Source: Octopus sinensis (taxonomy: Eukaryota). Taken from it: 64,000 bases of DNA. The notes beneath the pieces are model-generated. The model worked only from the letters and a program-made list of their open reading frames with translations. It was not told the DNA's origin and did not search any database. Shown here piece by piece: positions 60,342-64,000 of this stretch. The stretch lies in contig NW_021831041.1 of the NCBI RefSeq assembly GCF_006345805.1, positions 124,001 through 188,000 on the forward strand, read 5' to 3'. Made by a program: the position numbers and the translations under genes. Each line of letters opens with the position of its first letter. Position 1 is the first letter of the stretch.

Positions 60342-61860
60342 ATGTGTGAATCTGGCTCCTTGGTATCCTATGAGTATATTTGCAATAAAATTGACGAAAT
60401 TTGCTTAAAAACAAATCCTAGTCTCGAAAATGACCAACTTGAAGTAAAAAAAAGTTAACAAATAATTTAGAATTTGTTGGACGACATTTACAAAATGAGG
60501 GACCACTATTTAATCACCAACGGAATTGACTCTGCCCCCAAAAAACAGTCGGACATAGCCACCGTCCAGACAAAATTCCAAAAAATATTATCAAAATTGG
60601 GTAGAAATATTAAAAATTCACATTTTAAAGAAAATAACCCACAAATTGACTATTTATGGGGCCGGTCGTACAATCTGACTCCCGAATATAACTCAAACGC
60701 AGAAAAATATTTAATCCGTTCCGTAAAAATGTTGTCTCTGAGAATCGAAGCCTGGAACGAGTTGGGAGAGTGCTACTGGCGTAAGGGGGACATTGAAAGT
60801 GCCATCAATTGCTTTACCAGTGCCAATCAACGAGGAAATAACAAACGGGCCTTTCGCTCACTTTCCGTGCTTCACCGCCAAGGAAAGTCCCTTTCTCCAA
60901 AAGACGTAGAAAAGGGACTTGAAATGGCCAAGGAAGCCCTCAAATTGGACTTTGAGGACCCACTCTCTTGGGGTACCCCATTTTCTTATAAATAATAGAA
61001 ATTGTCGGCAATGCTTATTTTGCCATGTTTTTTGTGGCGGGAAAACAAATTTCTTACCTAAAATCGGCACTGTCAGCCTATAAAAGAGCGGGAAAGGATG
61101 AAATTGGGGCCTTCAGTTCGAGTCTTCATTACAACCAGGGAATTGTAGACTTTTTGTGTCATTATGAGCAGTTAAACCTTTTTGAGGAGAACTACCAGTG
61201 TGCCTTGTCCTCACTCCGTCGTGTGTGCCAACTAGAACCTGAATGGACTGAGCCCGCCAAATTTATTACAAATATTATCGACTTTTTAAAAAAAATTGAC
61301 AATCTTACAAAAAACAAAGTTAAAGTTATTAATTAATGTCGAAGGGACATTTAAGTCGAAACCGACTCAAGTCAATGACGGGGAACATCTCTGACCAATG
61401 TCCTTATGATATGAAACTAAAAAACGTGATTTTAAAGTGGTTAACCTGCAGGTTCTTGTCACGGAATTGACGGAAGGTGTAAACGACCAATTATTTGTGT
61501 CAGGAAAAGTGGTTTATTCGCTGTCCCAAGTGGAGTCCCTTCCATTGTTGGTTTGTTGGTCGACTTTAGTGCTTTTGGAATGTGTGACAAGTCGGGGACA
61601 TGTGTCTGTGTGACTGTCTACAATATGTTGGCAGGACAGGGGGTCAAGATTGGGGACCTTGTTTCAATTCCTGAACCGTTTTTTACATTGCATGACTTTT
61701 TTGAGGCAGAACAAGTGAGAAATGATTTATTTATTTGTAGAGGTTTTCCTTTGGGTCTATTCGGGTCAGTTCTCCGGCAATTTTGGCTGTGAATGGGCGA
61801 AGATTTTCTAAGGAAAAGTGCCAGTTGTTATCGACCGAGTCCATGGTCATTCCTGACTGA
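60342..61860 (+). CDS. TTC5: tetratricopeptide repeat protein 5 (TTC5/Strap), about 8 introns (23-30 nt)
   Basis: DIYKMRDHY, GRSYNLTPEY..AEKYL..SVK, EAWNELGECYW, SW|.IVGNAYF..FF, LHYNQG, L.PEW, GKVVYS, VTVYN, V.IGD.V.IPEP and SIRV..P..L.VNG. Confidence 0.92.
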
Positions 61861-61999
61861 GTTTCTCTAATAAAATGTTTTTGTTATTCACTTTATGTTC
61901 GTATAAACAGTCTTATTCTACAACTCTTTCAGCTGGAAAGTCTACTCCTTTTATAGAATTCAACTTAGATATATTCTAAGAATATTTTGGCCAAAACAC

Positions 62000-62200
62000 A
62001 TTTCAAACAAATATTTCCACTCTCACTAAATGCACACTCGAAGTAATAGATAGGACTTATTTGGTCACATCTTAAAAATGGACTCCAGCTAATCTAGCAA
62101 TGGAACATTACTAAGCTCTTCCGGGATTGACCCAACCCTTATACATCAAAGCCTAACTTGGATTTAGAAAGGATTAACATCAGCAGACGATCTTGAGCTC
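62000..62200 (+). mobile_element. RTE 3' remnant
   Basis: GLFGHILKMD..PAN.AME, homologous to the reverse complement of 21400-21530. Confidence 0.7.
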
Positions 62201-62289
62201 CTAGCGCGAAAAGCGCGAGAAGTAGTATCTTGGTGTGCTTGAGAGTTTGGTGTACTTTAACATTTTATTTGGCTTACGTAACCCATATA

Positions 62290-63510
62290 TAGAATATTAA
62301 ATGTCAATGAATATTAAGCTTTAAATATTCAATTTTTAATTTTCTGTTACTTGAAATGAACGCAAGTTCTTCCTCTTTTAATAATAACTCGTTTCCGGTT
62401 ATTTTGTACTCAACAAATGAATTCCTCGCCAAATCATAGAGTTGAACTGATATTGATGGAAAATTATTCTTCCAACTTATAAATAATGACCCCAAATGAT
62501 CAATAATTAGTGGAATAATTTCTTTATACTTCCTTCTTGTACATAAGGAAACATGTTTTCCATTTGTGATATGTTTTTTCCATATTTTAATTTTTTCATA
62601 AAAGCACCAAGTTTGTTCGTACAACTCGACAGAATTTCATTTCTTTGTTGCATGCTGCTATTGAGAACATTGAGTTCAAGTCCGGATTCTTATTTTTCGA
62701 AACAGAAACAAAGTCTTAAACATGCCCCGTCATTGCTGGAGCACTATTGGTTCAGATACCCACACATTCATTCCAATCTAGCTCTATATGCCCGAAATAT
62801 GAATTTATAAGATTGAAAATGTCATATCCCTTTGTTGCTTTGAGCAAATCTTTGCAGCAAAATAATCTTCAAAAATAGATTCATCGTCATATAGCGAACG
62901 AAAACAAGAAATTACATTCTTTTTTCTAAATCTTCTAAAGAATCTTGAAGCGCAAGAAAATCAGATTTTTTTGGTTTTGATGTCCTCAGAATTTCTCCAA
63001 AAATTATCTTCAATACTTCTTTGCACGCAGAGAAAACAACAATTTTCGCAGGATTTTGTGATTTTTATTTTTTTGGCAGCGATTTCAACCGCAGCCTAGC
63101 TAGCATGCAGTGCTTTTTCGGTTATTTTAAATCTTTTGGAAAAATTAGATGCTTAAAATTTATTCTTGTCCAATTTCTTTATAAAATATTTTTTTATACA
63201 AAGTTAAGGATGCTTTGAAAAGAGATGACGTTTAAGTTTCGTTGGAGCCATTGGACTAGTAAGTTTTTCACTGCAAACAACACAAAGTGGTATAGGGCAA
63301 TCCAACTCGCAATATAACATTGCGCTACGATCTAACTTTAAGATATGCTTTGTCGCAAGACTCGATTTAGACACGGGCAAATTAAAATTTACAAGCTAAT
63401 TAAAAAAATAAAACAAATCCGTTTTATATATAATAAAAACAGATAATGAAAATTATTCACAATATTTTAAACTTTGTGAAACCTAAGAGGAACCCCGGTC
63501 GAGAAAAACT
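62290..63510 (-). mobile_element. degenerate Buster-type hAT
   Basis: PLCVVCSEKL..PMAPTKLKRHL, LVFVRY and WNECVGI.T..APAMTG. A TIR-like CCCCGGTCGAGAA lies near 63495. Confidence 0.7.
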
Positions 63511-64000
63511 CTCCTAAGTTAACCAAAAATGTATCTAAGTTTTATTAAAATAAAATTCAATTCCCAACTGTTTTTATATCTATCATTAATACTTGCTTTG
63601 TACTTTCTTATTGAAGAAATTAGAGATTTGTACTTTTTTATTTAAGAAATTAGATCCTCAATATCGGCCATTTGTTCCTTCTCTATTACAGTTAATCTAG
63701 CTGCAAAATCCATTTTGTCCACATGGCTTGGTTTTTATATTCTTGTTCACTTTTTTCTGAATCTTCTAAGGAATTTTGATTTTAATAAATGTTTCATTTT
63801 CCATGTATTCAATGTTTAAAAAAGCTTCAACTTTGAAAGAATCGGAAATCTTCAACTTCAACTTTGAAAGACTTTCGTTATCGAAGTTCCATGCCACTTT
63901 TGTATAAAAATAGTATCCATTAAATTCATTTTTTAAAAATTATAGACCGAAATATTTTGAGTTTCAAATAATTCCGTCAAATAAATTAACTTTCGTCAAG

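Noticed and set aside
1-64000. Non-standard genetic code or stop-codon readthrough to explain short ORFs
   Set aside because: All conserved genes become continuous once micro-introns are removed and end at TAA, TAG or TGA. Remaining internal stops are confined to decayed transposons.
1-64000. Microsporidian or prokaryotic origin of the whole window
   Set aside because: MRPS2, TTLL4, a tetraspanin, TTC5, a PPP1R3-type subunit and dense spliceosomal introns argue for an animal nuclear genome.

Overview
This is AT-rich eukaryotic nuclear DNA, almost certainly animal, read in the standard genetic code. I assembled by hand eleven homology-supported genes: RPS25, a divergent tetraspanin, a DDHD1-type phospholipase, a C2H2 zinc-finger gene, TP53RK/BUD32, PPIL4, EXOSC8/RRP43, SEC61B, TTLL4, MRPS2 and TTC5. 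There is also an intronless PPP1R3-type gene, a candidate small secreted peptide gene and one unresolved gene. About 64 introns were inferred, all 22-35 nt long, so several genes are invisible or fragmented in the ORF track. That intron size fits what is known for dicyemid mesozoans, but the taxon assignment is inference. Roughly two thirds of the first 47 kb is a pile of nested transposons: CRE, RTE, I/Jockey-like and R4-like LINEs, Tc1, pogo/Tigger, hAT, Ginger2 and Helitron. From 47 to 62 kb the window is a compact gene cluster. The strongest oddities are five. (1) A micro-intron system with degenerate GTT and GC donors and no transposon inside any intron. (2) A 49-bp palindromic Ginger2-type micro-transposon with a verifiable 5-bp target duplication, in the same Tc1 whose other arm holds a 1.57-kb Ginger2 copy. 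(3) A tetraspanin that has lost the CCG signature. (4) A Helitron carrying a 93-bp satellite that is stop-free in one frame. (5) A PPIL4 one-base frameshift that retention of its first intron would exactly rescue. I saw no rRNA, tRNA or CRISPR array.
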